DNA of 60,633 nt, counting the filler. It is 4 parts of 4 records of this genome, joined end to end, with 100 filler letters (N's around TTAATTAATTAA, not from the genome) between each part and the next. Parts side by side here need not be neighbours in the genome. Positions count along the whole stretch, not along the records: positions 52,336 to 60,633 come from DRR723986_6374; 3 more parts are not named here. One strand, 5' to 3'. Shown here one piece after another: positions 58,170 through 60,633 of the stretch (its first letter is position 1; the number at the start of each line of letters is the position of its first letter). Under the pieces are notes generated by a model that saw nothing but the letters and a program-made list of their open reading frames with translations, was not told the origin of the DNA and made no database searches. Both the position numbers and the translations under genes were made by a program.

Positions 58170-58820
58170 TCAGCCAGCCTTACGGAAGGTCAGATTGTAG
58201 CGGGCCGAGCCGGTCACCGGGTGTTCACCGGCTTTCAGAGTCAGGACGCCGTGGTAACGCAAACGGGCCGGGCCGCCCCAGACCACCACATCACCATGTT
58301 CCAGCAGAATACGCGCGGGGCGGTCGTTGCGCTTGAGTCCACCAAACTGAAACACAATGGGCAGCCCCAGGGACACCGACACAATGGGCCAGGCAAAGTC
58401 TTTTTCATTCTTATCCTGATGCAGTCCCATTTTGGCCCCTGGCTGATAGCGATTAATCAGGCAGGCATCCGGGTCAAAGCCGGTAAATCCCGCTTCCTGG
58501 GCCGACTTGCGGGCCAATGAGACAAAGCTATCGGGTATAGCCGGCCACCGAAGCCCGGATAACGGATCCTGGGGCTGGTAGCGATACCCTGTCTCGTCAG
58601 TCACCCACCCCAGGGGGCCGCAACAGGTCATGGCGGCCGACATCTGATGGCCACCCGGCGTTTTCATATGGCGGAACGGCGCGTGTCGCGTCACCTGATC
58701 TATATCTCGCATCAAGGCCTGCTGGTGCTTCACGGCATGACGCCGTAGCACAACCACGCCCTCGTCAAAGGCTTCCACTGTCGGTTGATCATTCAACCCG
58801 GAAAACAGATCTGGCGTCAT
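58170..58820 (-). CDS. alkB: alpha-ketoglutarate-dependent DNA oxidative demethylase
   Basis: MKTPGG, GWVTD..GYRY, DACLINRY, LHQDKNE, RYHGV, RYNLTFR. Confidence 0.95.
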   Translation of the reverse strand: MTPDLFSGLNDQPTVEAFDEGVVVLRRHAVKHQQALMRDIDQVTRHAPFRHMKTPGGHQMSAAMTCCGPLGWVTDETGYRYQPQDPLSGLRWPAIPDSFVSLARKSAQEAGFTGFDPDACLINRYQPGAKMGLHQDKNEKDFAWPIVSVSLGLPIVFQFGGLKRNDRPARILLEHGDVVVWGGPARLRYHGVLTLKAGEHPVTGSARYNLTFRKAG

Positions 58821-58910
58821 AAGCCCCCCGTTTATCTTCTGAAATCAGAATAACGCCCGCAGAGCGTCTACACTTAGAGAACCCTTCATCCGTCGCTGGA
58901 TCCCGACGCT

Positions 58911-60633
58911 GTGAGACAGACAAAACCGCCACACAACAAACAGACCGCCCGGGTATCACTGGCATTCCTGATTGCGTCTGCCATCACCCTGGGAATGCTG
59001 ATACTGGCCATCACACTGGTGGCCCAGAGTTATCGGGGCATGGAACAGGCCAAGGTCACCGCTGCCGCCGCCACTGCCCGACAGCTGGCTCTCAGCGTGG
59101 ACGATCGTATCAATGCCATTACCCAACCGCCGGCTACGGCGCTGGCCTTGTTGCGGCACGACCCACTCACCCAGAGTTCCACCCTTGAGCAACGACTGCA
59201 ACGCCTGCCGGTGATTGCCGATGTGCTCACCAGCAGCGATATTGTCAGTGCGGTATACGCAGGCTATGACAATGGCGATTTTTTCCTGTTCCGTAAGATT
59301 CGCAGTTCGGGCTCACTCCAGTTTCCGGACGCCCCCGCAAACAGTCGCTATCTGCTGCAAAGCCTGGAATACCAGGGCAACCTGCGCGAGGGTATCTGGC
59401 AATTCTATAACAGCGACCTGGAACTGCTCGAACGCCGCTCGCTGCCGGATTACGACTATGATCCCCGCCAGCGCCCCTGGTATCAGGCAGCCAGGGCCGG
59501 AGATTCGCTTCAGCTATCAGCGCCTTATGTGTTTTTCACCACCCAGGAAACCGGGCTGACCCTGTCTCAGAGGGCCGCCAGTATCCCGGGTACCGTGCTG
59601 GGTGTTGATGTCACCGTGACCGACCTGGGCTCGCAACTGGCGGAGCTGAAACAGACCGCAGGCAGCCGGCTAGCCATTGTCAGCGCTTCCGGGGAACTGC
59701 TTGCAGACGCCGACGGTAACACCGAACCCGATGCCGTGATCCGCCAGGTGCTTGAGCCGGGCACCAACCGGGAAATCCGCCGCTTTCAGCAGCAGGGCCG
59801 TGACTGGTATGGCATGGCCGAGCAACTTGGAACCCTGCCCGATGAAGCACTCTCCGTAGTTGTCGCCATTCCCTCGGATGAACTGCTGGCCGATGTCTGG
59901 GCCGCCCTTGCCCGACAGACCGCGATCGCCGGCGCCATAGCGCTTCTGCTGTTGATACTTGGCTGGTTTATGGGGCGCCAGGTGGGCAAACCCCTTGAAC
60001 GCCTGACCGACCGGGTCAGCAGCCTCTCCCGCTTCCGCTTTGACACGCCAATCCGCTCGGAGTCCCATATCCGGGAAGCCTCGGAACTCAGCATTGCCCT
60101 GGATGACATGGCCCGCACCATCCGAAGCTTCCAGAACATCGCCACGGTGCTCAACCGGGGCCAGGATCTGAACCAGTTGTTACGCGACATTCTTGATCAG
60201 ATCATCGCCATCGTCAGCCAGGAACGGGGCGCGATTTACCTGTACAGCAGCCATGAACATAGGCTCGACCTGGCTGTTAACCGCGGACTTGAACTGCCCG
60301 CCAGCCTGCCAGCCATCAACCAGGCGGCAGACGATAACGAGATCATTCGACAGCTCAGAAACCACATATCCGGCCACCCGGTGTTTGCCATCCTGCGTAA
60401 TCGACGCAAGAAACTCATTGGTGCATTGATCATCGAGATGGAAGTGGGCGACCACACCCACCTCAGTGATGACCTGATTGTTTTCGTGGATGAAATTGCC
60501 GGCTCCGCCGCAGTTGCCATCGAAACCCGTGAACTGATCGAAAGCCAGCAGGCCCTGCTCGATGGGTTTATCCGCCTGGTGGCCAGCGCCATTGATGCCA
60601 AGTCGCCCTACACCGGCGGCCATTGCGAGCGGG
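58911..60633 (+). CDS. membrane HD-GYP c-di-GMP phosphodiesterase (TM-dCache-TM-HAMP-GAF-like-HD-GYP), 3'-truncated, absent from ORF track
   Basis: Frame from GTG 58911 to window end; YDPRQRPWY dCache motif; ends with AIDAKSPYTGGHCER. Confidence 0.88.
   Translation, partial: MRQTKPPHNKQTARVSLAFLIASAITLGMLILAITLVAQSYRGMEQAKVTAAAATARQLALSVDDRINAITQPPATALALLRHDPLTQSSTLEQRLQRLPVIADVLTSSDIVSAVYAGYDNGDFFLFRKIRSSGSLQFPDAPANSRYLLQSLEYQGNLREGIWQFYNSDLELLERRSLPDYDYDPRQRPWYQAARAGDSLQLSAPYVFFTTQETGLTLSQRAASIPGTVLGVDVTVTDLGSQLAELKQTAGSRLAIVSASGELLADADGNTEPDAVIRQVLEPGTNREIRRFQQQGRDWYGMAEQLGTLPDEALSVVVAIPSDELLADVWAALARQTAIAGAIALLLLILGWFMGRQVGKPLERLTDRVSSLSRFRFDTPIRSESHIREASELSIALDDMARTIRSFQNIATVLNRGQDLNQLLRDILDQIIAIVSQERGAIYLYSSHEHRLDLAVNRGLELPASLPAINQAADDNEIIRQLRNHISGHPVFAILRNRRKKLIGALIIEMEVGDHTHLSDDLIVFVDEIAGSAAVAIETRELIESQQALLDGFIRLVASAIDAKSPYTGGHCER

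Noticed and set aside
1-60633. CRISPR array, IS element, integrase, prophage or retron
   Set aside because: No regularly spaced repeats and no cas, transposase, recombinase, RT or phage motifs were seen

Overview
This window is not one locus. It is four contigs joined by artificial 100-nt N/TTAATTAATTAA/N linkers (22711-22810, 29624-29723, 52236-52335), apparently from at least three organisms; the taxonomic labels below are inferred from gene content. Contig 1 (1-22710, Marinobacter-like) starts with ordinary genes (MFS, amidohydrolase, mtgA, AraC/DMT). It then runs into a ~16-kb accessory region that looks like a phosphate-starvation (PhoB) island: eight promoters share one geometry (7-4-7 direct repeat, 10 bp, then -10). 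They precede an atypical pyruvate kinase plus a broken CoA-transferase, a membrane GGDEF-EAL protein coupled to an orphan PhnD-like binding protein, a decayed membrane-anchored beta-helix gene, a phnDCEE-HAD operon, small hypothetical proteins, an orphan SBP and two candidate ~60-nt sRNAs. The island also holds an RHH-like protein and an unannotated 41-aa Lys-rich peptide. Contig 2 (22811-29623, Rhodobacteraceae-like) carries pcm, nlpD, DMT, tatABC, DUF815 ATPase, an ABC ATPase and an SDR. Contig 3 (29724-52235, marine gammaproteobacterium, Cellvibrionales-like) carries pntAAB, a MASE1-CHASE kinase, acrR/acrAB-like genes with an operator, fabY, PilZ, lipid genes, a quinohemoprotein ADH, a DARS2-like DnaA/Fis/IHF element, queD and a truncated tRNA-Val. 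Contig 4 (52336-60633, Marinobacter-like) carries a yhiN fragment, PLD, usp, sulP, MgtC/DUF4010, alkB and a truncated HD-GYP protein. No CRISPR array, transposase, integrase or phage gene was seen. All calls come from reading motifs by eye; no searches were run.
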